From Paramoeba atlantica (lineage: Eukaryota; Protista; Discosea): 64,000 nt of DNA. Both the position numbers and the translations under genes were made by a program. The notes beneath the pieces are model-generated. The model made no database searches. It worked only from the letters and a program-made list of their open reading frames with translations, and was not told where the DNA came from. The stretch covers positions 1-64,000 of the forward strand of contig CDRNVI010000065.1 of the NCBI GenBank assembly GCA_977017575.1, given 5' to 3'. Shown piece after piece: positions 54,860-64,000 of the stretch; the first letter of the stretch is position 1; each line of letters begins with the position of its first letter.

Positions 54860-56836
54860 TCAAAAAATAGAACTCTGATCATTATCCGATGAGTCAGTTT
54901 CAAGAGACGCAATTTCTGCCACGCGAAACGAATACGCTGATTCATCGCTATCCTCGGGCTCGTCGTCACAAGTTTCTTCTGTAGATGGGGTCATGAATTT
55001 CGCACTCACATTAACAGCAAGAAAATCAGAGTCACCACTTTCATGGCAGTTTGGCCCTTTAAATAAGTCGTATGTACTTGAGCTCTCTACGTGAGGTAAT
55101 TGAACGGAAATCTTTGAACCGATAATTCCACAGAAATCGGGTGGATGATTTGGCTTATTGTGAATATCTGTGTCTATTCCTTTCCTTACTTCCAAAGCTA
55201 GTTTAGATATTTCTAGACTTTCCGAAAGGGATGTCGGCAAGTTTTCCTGTAAAGCATCTTCAACGAGAAGTTCAACATTTCCTTTGTAATGCTCAAGCGC
55301 ATATCTCGCAAAATCTCCCGGCCACTTAGGAAATATCTCAAGAATTTGCTCAACACGATCCGAAAACTCGGTAATTGGTTGTTGCACAATTTTTTCAGAA
55401 GGAAGAAGAGCACCGAGGACAGTGGCGGCGAATACGTCCTGGCGATCGGACTTGAACGTCTTTGTGTGGTGCGACAAAGCCGTAATTAAAGAAGCAAATA
55501 CATGTGGCGAGTAATGAGGCACACCATCGATCATGACATGCTCGATAGCAATAGCATTGTCGAGGGCAGCATTGGAAACAGGTTGAATGTGACGCAATTG
55601 TCTTAGCCACGTACCAAATTTCATTTCAGGATGTTGTCGGAGAAAGTGTGCGCAAGAACTGTTACACGTCAAACGCAACATGCGAGAGACTCTACTATCC
55701 ACAAATTCGACCAACTCGGTCTTCAACTGAGAAAAAGCAAAACAAGAAACCCCACATGAGGTTTCAAGAGCGTCATTAAAGATGGAAGACAATAGTCGTT
55801 GTATGGAAGCTCTTCGATATCCTATCTTGGAATTGTGTGTTGCCAAGTGTAAGAGTTGGGGCAGTACTATATCAATCAACAAGGCAAGCCCTTGAAGCAC
55901 GAAAGAAACCTTCATGAACGGCACTATCATAGGACATGTCGCATAAAGACCTCGAAGGGAAAAAACTAAACATTGTGTCTGTTTAACAAGTTTAGTAACT
56001 TCATTCATACCAAACGGTTTGGTCTGAATTTCTTTTTTCTGCAACCTATGCACCAAAGCTGTTACATCTTCGAACCAACTTACGCTGTAGTGCTCCAAAA
56101 AATGCAGATACATCGCATTGCTAGCGTAGACGCTACTCAATACTATGTAAATTTCGCTATGCTGCGACATGTGATAAAGCATTGAAGCCATAGCTGGCAA
56201 CAAATTTGGTGATAACACACTTTCCATTGCCTTGATACCCGCCATTCTCTGTTTCGTAATGCTCCTGTATGCTACAACACGTAATAATATAGCTAAAATA
56301 ACCTTTTCAGTGGCTTCATCAATGCCCTTTTCTGGAGTCATAGAAAGAAATGCACATCTCTTTATTTCATCACACAAAGTCGTTTGTGCTGCATTCGAAC
56401 CAAGTTTAGATATGAAGCATTCGACGCTACTCTGTTTTACTACGTCAAGCAAAAGTATGAGAGCCGGAGTAGCGTTCTCTTTCATGAAAAAGAAGCTGCA
56501 GTGACCGAACAGCCTTTTTTCACGGCGATAATTTATAAAGTTTCTTCTGCTGGAAAGAGGAAGCCAACATGCCACCAATAGTAGTGTGTCACAAACGCAC
56601 CAATGGAACAGAAAATACGAAGTAAAAATACCAAGTAGAATAATACTCATGCAATAATACGCAACAACAAGTTTCGGTGAAACATGCATTGCACTTCCTT
56701 TTAGTACACTATCACAATGATAATAATGGATGTAAGATAAGGGAACGATACGAAATGTGGTTCTTGATAAAGAAATAATGGATGTAGTCCCCAAGAAAGT
56801 ACACAAGCCCGATGGCCTTATGATAACGTAGTTCAT
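54860..56836 (-). CDS. Helical protein with C-terminal CUE-like ubiquitin-binding domain (ASCC2-like)
   Basis: VEQILEIFP...FARYALEHYKGNVELLVEDALQENLP followed by an acidic tail. Confidence 0.65.
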   Translation of the reverse strand: MNYVIIRPSGLCTFLGTTSIISLSRTTFRIVPLSYIHYYHCDSVLKGSAMHVSPKLVVAYYCMSIILLGIFTSYFLFHWCVCDTLLLVACWLPLSSRRNFINYRREKRLFGHCSFFFMKENATPALILLLDVVKQSSVECFISKLGSNAAQTTLCDEIKRCAFLSMTPEKGIDEATEKVILAILLRVVAYRSITKQRMAGIKAMESVLSPNLLPAMASMLYHMSQHSEIYIVLSSVYASNAMYLHFLEHYSVSWFEDVTALVHRLQKKEIQTKPFGMNEVTKLVKQTQCLVFSLRGLYATCPMIVPFMKVSFVLQGLALLIDIVLPQLLHLATHNSKIGYRRASIQRLLSSIFNDALETSCGVSCFAFSQLKTELVEFVDSRVSRMLRLTCNSSCAHFLRQHPEMKFGTWLRQLRHIQPVSNAALDNAIAIEHVMIDGVPHYSPHVFASLITALSHHTKTFKSDRQDVFAATVLGALLPSEKIVQQPITEFSDRVEQILEIFPKWPGDFARYALEHYKGNVELLVEDALQENLPTSLSESLEISKLALEVRKGIDTDIHNKPNHPPDFCGIIGSKISVQLPHVESSSTYDLFKGPNCHESGDSDFLAVNVSAKFMTPSTEETCDDEPEDSDESAYSFRVAEIASLETDSSDNDQSSIF

Positions 56837-57157
56837 TACACAAGCACATACATTATAAAAATCGTCTATTTCTGATCACTGAAAAAATCGTCTCAAAATA
56901 CTGATTATAATACCCACTACTATCTTTCTATTCTCCAGCGAATAATCGGTGCGTTCCTAGCGCATTGGCTTAACACAGGGTTTGTTGCGAAACAAAGAAA
57001 ATATAGTCTACGAAATAAAGACAAGAGGAAAAATATGCATGAAACAGAATATTCATGAATCTGCAAGCACTACGTGTTATAAAAAAACGTTAAGAAAAAT
57101 ACACATTCGTATGTGTACGTATGATTCCTTCTACATGACTACCCTTGCGCGAACGTT

Positions 57158-58084
57158 CTACATTTTCGGGGCATAACTCCAGGTCAAAAACGCTTTACAT
57201 TGCTCCAAAACAAAAAAGCAGCTCAATGTATGTAAACCACAACGAGTGTAATACGGAACATAGCCTCGCCAAAGGGAAGAAACGCCCTCCACACGGGCAA
57301 CATTCCCTAACGCCTGTGCCATATTACGATAACGCAGCGAACCGTCCGCCTGTGGCTTTTGATTCTGCATACGAATTTTCACCGTCTCAATCGGCATCGT
57401 AAGAAAAGAATAAACCACCCCCGTAATCAGGGAGGATGTTACAAACGTGGACACGGAGGTCGGCGCGAAATACCCACTCTGAACCAGCCACGATTTACAC
57501 TGATCATAAAACCCCACTTGGGTCACCCCCACCGCGGTGGCCCGCACCACCGTCGGGGTCGACCCCCGCCAATACGTCCTCACCCCCTCCTCCGTCGCAA
57601 TCCGACGCAACGCATCCCCCACATGCGCATACCCCCTCCGTTCCCCCGCCGGTCCCGACCCATCCGCCTGCATCCGCACCATCGCCACCTCCACCGGACA
57701 ACTCAGGTAGGCCGCAAACCCCCCACTCAGCGCCCCCGCCACCAGGCGATCCCCGAACGTGGCCACCGGCACCCCCCCCTCCGCGGCACGACGGCGCACG
57801 ATGGCGTCTCGGAACACATCGTAGCCCCCCAGGCGCACGGTCGCGTACACCAGCTGCCGCGAGACCCCCGCGCTTAGCCCGTCGTAGAGCCCCGCGGGCC
57901 CGCGCTCCTTGAGGATAGCCCGCACGACGGAGGCCAGGCCCGTGTCGGCCTTGGCCTCCGCGCGCATCTGGACATGGACTTTGATGATGTCGAGGGGGTG
58001 GATGAGGGCCCAGGCGGTGGCCCCGGCAAGGGTGCCCGCGGGGAAGTTCATCCAGGTGGGGTAGGGGGAGGGGGCGGTGGTCAT
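57158..58084 (-). CDS. Mitochondrial carrier (SLC25), oxoglutarate/malate or dicarboxylate carrier-like
   Basis: Three signatures PLDIIK, PVEVAM, PIETVK; RQLVYATVRLG; VRMQADG. Confidence 0.93.
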   Translation of the reverse strand: MTTAPSPYPTWMNFPAGTLAGATAWALIHPLDIIKVHVQMRAEAKADTGLASVVRAILKERGPAGLYDGLSAGVSRQLVYATVRLGGYDVFRDAIVRRRAAEGGVPVATFGDRLVAGALSGGFAAYLSCPVEVAMVRMQADGSGPAGERRGYAHVGDALRRIATEEGVRTYWRGSTPTVVRATAVGVTQVGFYDQCKSWLVQSGYFAPTSVSTFVTSSLITGVVYSFLTMPIETVKIRMQNQKPQADGSLRYRNMAQALGNVARVEGVSSLWRGYVPYYTRCGLHTLSCFFVLEQCKAFLTWSYAPKM

Positions 58085-58740
58085 GGGGGTGGGGGAGAGA
58101 GGGTAGGTAAGGGGAGAGGAAGTGTTTTGTTGTTGTGAAAAAAAGGAAGGTTCGTGTAAAGTCGTTTCTTTTTTATTGTATTATATATTATTGTATTTTT
58201 ATTTGTAAGGTTTTAAGGTTTCTGTGAAGCCTGTTTTTTAGGATTAAATTCTTTTCTTTTGTTTTTTATGCTAACTTTTTTAAGGTTACGTTGGAAATGT
58301 GGCTGGACGTGTTGTAGAAAAGTGAAGGGTATAGGTTGTAGAGGAAAGCGGATGTTTTTTATGTGATAGGGCGTAACACGTTGCGTTTGAATGTGTTGAG
58401 AAGAGAAAAAAGCGAAACGAAATGGATAAGATTGAATAAGTTAATGGGAATAATGCCGATTGCGGTCGACAGGGTTGATCAAACCAGTATCCATATGATA
58501 GAACCAACCATGCACAAGATGGAGAGGTGTGGCGTGTGAAAGGTTAAATTCTGGAGAATCGTAGCACTTTACACGTTTAATACTCTACCGCAATAGGATG
58601 ACAAAATTCAGAAAAAACTATAAAATACTCTAGTAGAATCTAAAAACTAGTAAAGCAAGTCTATGAAAACAAGTTACGCAAAATTCTAGTTTACGAGGTA
58701 GAATTTAGAAGCTTTTAAAAGGAGCTTCCACTGGCCTGGA

Positions 58741-60597
58741 CTACCACCCAAGAAAACTCAGTGTTGATGAAACGACTCCGGTAGCTAAGCATTTGCGCAT
58801 AATTTCAATGGGCGTCATTTCTTTTTCCGCGCCCTCCCTAAGACATTTCGCAGCGTGCTGAAGATCTTCCATGTAGGTCTCCATCATAGGATCCTTTGTG
58901 TTTACTAAGTGAGAGCGCAGCGTATCTATGGCGGAGGGAAGGGCACTTTGTAGATATCGACGGACTCTTGGCAAAAACGGAGTATGCATGTGGGGAAACG
59001 ATGAATAGAACGTCGCAGTAGAAAATAGAGGGTGAAAGTTGGAAATACCGTCGAAACACAGTCCGAAGTCGGAAGAGATGAATCCGATAACGAATTCATG
59101 TGAACCGCTGTGCCGTGATCCTATCCCGTTAGCCAAAGGGTAAGATTCGGACCCCGCTGCCTTGTAGATGTGTTGCAGCGTACGAGGATCTCGGTTCGTG
59201 ATGCCTGTCAGGGCATCAAGAACGAACAAGAACTGTGCGGACTCACAACTGAAGATCTCTTCCATCTGATGTTTCGGCTGAGGTGAAGCCAGTGTCGGAG
59301 GAAACGACCCAAAAAATCTCTTTTCAAGCTCTTCATAGCTGTCCATATCGGAGGGGAGAACATCCCCTGGAATGTATTCCTGTAGCGTACCAATTCCAAG
59401 TTCCTCAATCACAACGGGAACTGTTATCGGGACAGAGAGACTACCCTCATAGTCCAACACGTATCGAGCCACCTGGTTGCGTATCTTCCGCTGGAGCTGT
59501 TGCACAACCTCATGCGGAGGCTGAGATTGAGGAGAAAGCATTGGAGAGGACAGAGAATCATCGTGCTCCTCCTCCTCCTCCTCCCCCTCCTTGTTCTCTT
59601 CTCGATGCCGTAGCATCCGTCGGGAGTAGGCAATATAATCACAGTGAGGGGTCCACGTCAAAAAACGTGCCAACGGTCGTTCTGAGGTCCACAACACGTA
59701 CTCCGTTTGTCGACTCCCGTGTCTTCGCACAATACGGTACTGCTCCGGCTGTGAGAGTGCCACTCGCACACGCTCCAACAGCGACTGCTGCCCCACAAGC
59801 CATCCCGCGCCCCCAATATCGGACTCCATCGTTGTCAAATTCAACGCCTGGACACGTCGAGGAAACCGACTTTGGGTGTGCCGGTCCTCGGGGGCGAGTG
59901 CAATCGGCAGCGGACGCCGCGGCCCCTGCCTCTGTTTTTGTGCCAACGACCCCGCGGAGGCCACAAAATCCTCAATCCCACTCTCCCGGGAGGCGTGGCG
60001 AATTTGCGCCTCCGCGATTTGCTCCACGTCCAGCGCGGTCATGGAACGCGAGCGCCAGCGACGCCTGTCTTTTTTTTTTCGCGCTCCTCGTTTCCGAAGA
60101 TGAGAGGAGGAGAGGCGGTGAAGCGGGCGAGAGAGGGACGAACGAAGATCGGGGAGACTGGCAATTAAAGGGGTAGGGGAGAGACCCACCTTCGTGAGAG
60201 GGCCGGAGAGGGTGGAAGAGGAGGGCATTGCGCCAGGGGGAAAAGGACGTGAAGTAGTGAACGGGTTATGGTCGTCCGGATGGGATGCTGCTTGCTGAGG
60301 AGGAAACAAGGGCGACGCGTGTCCTTTTGTTCGGGAAGGGACGGCGTCAGCACTATGGGAGCGTCGACGGAAGTCACGAACCGGGGGTCGAGGGTGTTGA
60401 CACCATGGGAGACCAAAGTAGCGAAAGAGAGGACGGAACAGGGTGCAGAAAAGTCGGGACACCCCCGCTGGGGGGTGACAGAGGGGGAGACTGCAGTCCA
60501 GGGTGTGGACGTGGGGAAGGGAGAGGGGCTGCGTAAGGAGACGTGGTGGGCTGACCGTGAAGAGAAAGTGGAGAAGGAGTGGGGTCCATAAATGCAT
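58741..60597 (-). CDS. Degenerate PI4K-II-fold (pseudo)kinase-like protein
   Basis: ARYVLDY..SVPIT, GTLQEYIP, LDALTGITNRD and SSDFGLCF lie in the order of PI4K-II motifs; the N-terminal extent is uncertain. Confidence 0.55.
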   Translation of the reverse strand: MHLWTPLLLHFLFTVSPPRLLTQPLSLPHVHTLDCSLPLCHPPAGVSRLFCTLFRPLFRYFGLPWCQHPRPPVRDFRRRSHSADAVPSRTKGHASPLFPPQQAASHPDDHNPFTTSRPFPPGAMPSSSTLSGPLTKVGLSPTPLIASLPDLRSSLSRPLHRLSSSHLRKRGARKKKDRRRWRSRSMTALDVEQIAEAQIRHASRESGIEDFVASAGSLAQKQRQGPRRPLPIALAPEDRHTQSRFPRRVQALNLTTMESDIGGAGWLVGQQSLLERVRVALSQPEQYRIVRRHGSRQTEYVLWTSERPLARFLTWTPHCDYIAYSRRMLRHREENKEGEEEEEEHDDSLSSPMLSPQSQPPHEVVQQLQRKIRNQVARYVLDYEGSLSVPITVPVVIEELGIGTLQEYIPGDVLPSDMDSYEELEKRFFGSFPPTLASPQPKHQMEEIFSCESAQFLFVLDALTGITNRDPRTLQHIYKAAGSESYPLANGIGSRHSGSHEFVIGFISSDFGLCFDGISNFHPLFSTATFYSSFPHMHTPFLPRVRRYLQSALPSAIDTLRSHLVNTKDPMMETYMEDLQHAAKCLREGAEKEMTPIEIMRKCLATGVVSSTLSFLGW

Positions 60598-61126
60598 TTT
60601 GGGAGTGGCTCGTAGACGTAGTGCTATGTGCCGAGTGCGATGATCATGAAATGACGTAGATCAAAAATATTAAAGTACTACGGTATTGCGATATTGTTAG
60701 AATCTGAACTGCGAAGTAAACAGGAAACTTTTGTGACGAAATATATCGTACTACTTTTCATATTATTTAACTAGGCGTATATATTTCTGCGAGTGAGCTC
60801 TGATAGGCATACTCGACTTACGAGATACAAGGTATTCACGTTAATTAGATGCATGCACAAGATGAATGTAGAAGAAGTCCAAAAAGGAATGTTCCACACC
60901 GGAGTCGAAGCACGAGTAAGCCTTCAACGTTTGCAGCGGTTGTCAGATTATGTAATTCTGTTGTCAGCGAAAGTTTGGTGTTTCTTCTTAGGATAGTAAC
61001 TTCAGGTTTCTTTGCACCTTGCGCTCCGGAAACTTGGGGTTCTCTTGAGCTACCATTGACCCCTACTCAAAGCCATTGAAACAGTCATCTTGTAAATCGC
61101 AGCGTCTTAAAACAGAAAATGAATTA

Positions 61127-62386
61127 TCAGCACGGGCAGCATGCAAGTTTTGCACGAATCCGAAGTATTTCGACGCCACTTTTAGGTTCTTCATAAATTG
61201 CGTAAGGTGGCATGTTGACAAGATCGAAAGGAGAAAATTGGTTTTCCAATACATCAACTAGATTGGCAATTTGTCCTCTAATAACAGCCATCTGGTCTCG
61301 AAAAGCACGCTTTTTGAAAAGGGGATCTTGCCTCATGATTCGTCGGAGCGCTTTCTTGAGTCTACGCCGCCACTCAAAGCTCGTAAGTAGCGGGAGTACG
61401 ATATCGGCTAACTCTTTGTCATAGGGTTGATGACAAGCACTTAGGTTCGACCAACCGTACGGATAGACGCGAAAAGTATCCGGATGCTTGAAAGGGAATG
61501 AGAGGCCGTTGTCAATTGCGGAAAGAAGCGGTTTTTCAAATGCACCAAAGTGAATAAGAAAATTATCTAAACCACGGTCCGTATTTCTTATCAGGTAGTC
61601 AAGAATGGTAAGCTTCTGAAACTGTACAATGAAATCTTTGTCTTGCATGAATTTTTGAAACTCGATTTCCGTAAAAGAAGATGCAGGTTTGGCATCATGC
61701 ACAAACTTCTGAAAGCTGCCCACTTTTCGAGGCAACATTCCCAAGTGACATCGAGCAAGAGCAGTGACAATTCCCTTATAATTGAACGCGGGCGAAGCAA
61801 ACGACGTTACGACCGTCTCAGGCACTATATGCAGTTGAAGCATATGATCCACAACACTCGCACTTGCTTCGCTGATATACCCTTGATTTTGTAGCAGACA
61901 TGCGCGTCCAAAACAACACGGAAACAACGCTCTCTGAATTGCTTTTCGAACCTTGGGATTGTGCGGTCCATATGGTTCTTCGTCTCTTGGTTTAAAAATG
62001 CCCACCATGGGCCCGTTACATGTCGCACGACAAAAATATGAGCCGGAGGAGCCTTGTCCTACGAGCTCCGGGAGGATCCCTTTCTTCTCCATTGAACGTC
62101 GAACATCTTTAATGTCGTCATGCAACTTGCGGAACGCCGCAGAGCGGAATTTGTACGGCACTATGCGAAGGCTTTCTTCTCTTATTTGCCCATCCGAACT
62201 TACGAATTTCTTGTCTTTGTGTTTTGATGCCGGACTTCTTTTGAATTCTGAATCCGTGGTAATATCTTCGTCTTTCTTGCTACGCAAATCGGGCATTGGG
62301 AGAAAATGCTGCGAATGTCCGAGGAGCTCTTGATACTTATGACATGAAGTTGTAAAAGAATCAGAAGGTAAAAGAAAGATCACCAT
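61127..62386 (-). CDS. Phosphatidylinositol 4-kinase type II
   Basis: GSSGSYF, IFKPRDEEPYG, CCFGRACL, GSFQKFV, LDYLIRNTDRG, AIDNGLSFP. Confidence 0.95.
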   Translation of the reverse strand: MVIFLLPSDSFTTSCHKYQELLGHSQHFLPMPDLRSKKDEDITTDSEFKRSPASKHKDKKFVSSDGQIREESLRIVPYKFRSAAFRKLHDDIKDVRRSMEKKGILPELVGQGSSGSYFCRATCNGPMVGIFKPRDEEPYGPHNPKVRKAIQRALFPCCFGRACLLQNQGYISEASASVVDHMLQLHIVPETVVTSFASPAFNYKGIVTALARCHLGMLPRKVGSFQKFVHDAKPASSFTEIEFQKFMQDKDFIVQFQKLTILDYLIRNTDRGLDNFLIHFGAFEKPLLSAIDNGLSFPFKHPDTFRVYPYGWSNLSACHQPYDKELADIVLPLLTSFEWRRRLKKALRRIMRQDPLFKKRAFRDQMAVIRGQIANLVDVLENQFSPFDLVNMPPYAIYEEPKSGVEILRIRAKLACCPC

Positions 62387-62889
62387 AAAAAATTTACAAA
62401 CGATTCAGGGACCAAGACACTTAGCGTATAGAAAGTGGATACATTCTTCCCTGCTTAAAGTTAGCATACTCCTCAAAAAAATGGTCATATTTTTGTAATA
62501 AAGAGTCGTTTAGAAGTTTCCGACTATAATTTTGTCAATCGGCCTTTCCTATAAGGTCAGGGTAATTGGGCCAGATGCCGCCTATCTTTTTGACACACAG
62601 TTCCCTTTACTTACTTTGTACGTGCGATAAATGTGTACGTCGTCCGTGTTTTAGAAAATATCCCCAAGGAATGGGAAAAATGCACAACGCTTTTACAGGA
62701 CACTATCCTGCTTTTTCTTGATAATCCGTGAGAATCCGTGAACTACGGAGAACTCCAGACATTTACCGGATAATGGAGCTGGGTTTTCGTAATCTTATGT
62801 GCCACATTGATTTTCCCAGTGGAGTTAGTACCTGTGTTGCCATGCACCGTTTTCGGTAGATAATCACCCTGTAACGGAACTAATATTCC

Positions 62890-63141
62890 CTAAGGAAAGA
62901 ACTTTACGCGAAGTACGATACTTCCATCCCAAACATAGCCATCCATATTTTTCACAGCTTCGATGGCGTCTTCTGGATCCTCATACGTCACTAACACGTA
63001 GCCCTTGGCAACTAAATGATTCTCCACACTGTCTGAATAGTAGAATCCAAACGTGCCAAAGAAATCGACTAGGTCGTCAAAAGAAGAAGCCAGAATAGGG
63101 TGTCGTTTTGATCCTCGAATTTTAATGGTCCCTGAAGACAT
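62890..63141 (-). CDS. Small single-RRM protein
   Basis: KGYVLVTYEDPEDAIEAVKNMDG (RNP1 plus helix 2). Confidence 0.75.
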   Translation of the reverse strand: MSSGTIKIRGSKRHPILASSFDDLVDFFGTFGFYYSDSVENHLVAKGYVLVTYEDPEDAIEAVKNMDGYVWDGSIVLRVKFFP

Positions 63142-63348
63142 GAGTTTTGACTAGAGCCTGTAAAGAAATATTTTTTTTAATCAATAACAAGAGCTTGTCG
63201 AGAAGTATTCACATACTTTATGTGTATGATGGCATAACTTAAATTAAAGTTCAGAGTCTAAACTACGGACGCACAACTTTTGCATGAAAAAGAATGTTTC
63301 AACAAGAGAAATACAACAATATGACAGCACCCAGAAAGTCCAGAGAAA

Positions 63349-64000
63349 TTAACTGTCTTGCCTATAGAAATTTGACACATCTTCCAAAGGCTTGCTTTGC
63401 AATAAGATGTCCCGATTTCGCTGTTTGACAAGCACATTCTCCGATTTGTGAAAGTCAACATTACGTCGCAAGCCGGATACCTTTAACTGCTTCTTGGAAG
63501 ACTTTCCTGTATGAGTTTTTTCCTCGATCGAAAGATTTTCGTCCGGTGTTTCAAACATGGATTCATGTAGTGCTGCACGACGTTGAGCTACGGCGTTCTT
63601 TGAGTCGGCGTCCAGAGCAAACAAATCCTTATCCTTTCGCTTTTTCATAGAGAACCTAGCGTCCTGACCCGATTTTGTATTAATACTGGAAAGCGCAGAT
63701 TCTTCGATGGTGTGGTTCTTCTCTCGGCGATGTTTCCGAGGCAGGGGATATGTAATCGGATCCTTCTTAAGTTGTTGACGTTGAGATTTCGTCAACTTAG
63801 ATACTTCTGACTTCAGTGAGGATGAATCTTTGTTCAGCACATTCGCCGTTGTCAAATGCTCAGAGATTTTCTCGCTGGGGCGAATGACGGCCTTCAAATC
63901 CCGAAGAAACTTTTCTTCTACAAAGTAGCCATGAGCAACGGCTCGAATCTGAGGTCGTGTGCCTTCTTGTGTTTGCTGCTCCACAGCTGCGCGCACAGCC
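63349..64000 (-). CDS. C-terminal part of a Lys-rich hypothetical protein; 5' end lies outside the window
   Basis: The frame is open to the window edge and co-oriented with the cluster. Confidence 0.6.
   Translation of the reverse strand, partial: AVRAAVEQQTQEGTRPQIRAVAHGYFVEEKFLRDLKAVIRPSEKISEHLTTANVLNKDSSSLKSEVSKLTKSQRQQLKKDPITYPLPRKHRREKNHTIEESALSSINTKSGQDARFSMKKRKDKDLFALDADSKNAVAQRRAALHESMFETPDENLSIEEKTHTGKSSKKQLKVSGLRRNVDFHKSENVLVKQRNRDILLQSKPLEDVSNFYRQDS

Overview
Eukaryotic genomic DNA in two parts. (1) 1-29,300 is almost all repeat or mobile DNA. It holds about 2.7 copies of a ~5.2-kb tandem unit built from retroelement fragments, a disrupted full-length APE-RT-RNase H non-LTR retrotransposon (RTE-like RT motifs) plus degenerate relatives, a pogo/Tc1-mariner-type DDE transposase relic, and several TA-flanked MITEs. 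(2) 29,338-64,000 holds about 18 intronless genes, all on the minus strand. Two of them checked show polypyrimidine-AG acceptors upstream of the ATG. They include a HAD phosphatase, a Myb-repeat protein, mitochondrial IF3, a kinesin, RPL18a, lipoate ligase, FolD, RRM proteins, an ENTH protein, two LRR proteins, a CUE protein, a mitochondrial carrier and a PI4K-II with a degenerate neighbour, interspersed with MITEs and an internally deleted hAT-like element. This layout suggests a kinetoplastid-type polycistronic, trans-spliced genome (Perkinsela-like is my best guess; this is inference only). The strongest candidate for an undescribed system is a multi-copy ~380-430-nt element in two divergent subfamilies. 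Each has a tRNA-derived Pol III head (box A/box B), then a candidate HDV-like pseudoknot, GNRA-capped hairpins and a U-run or microsatellite tail. All structure calls and family assignments were made by eye; no searches or folding programs were run.
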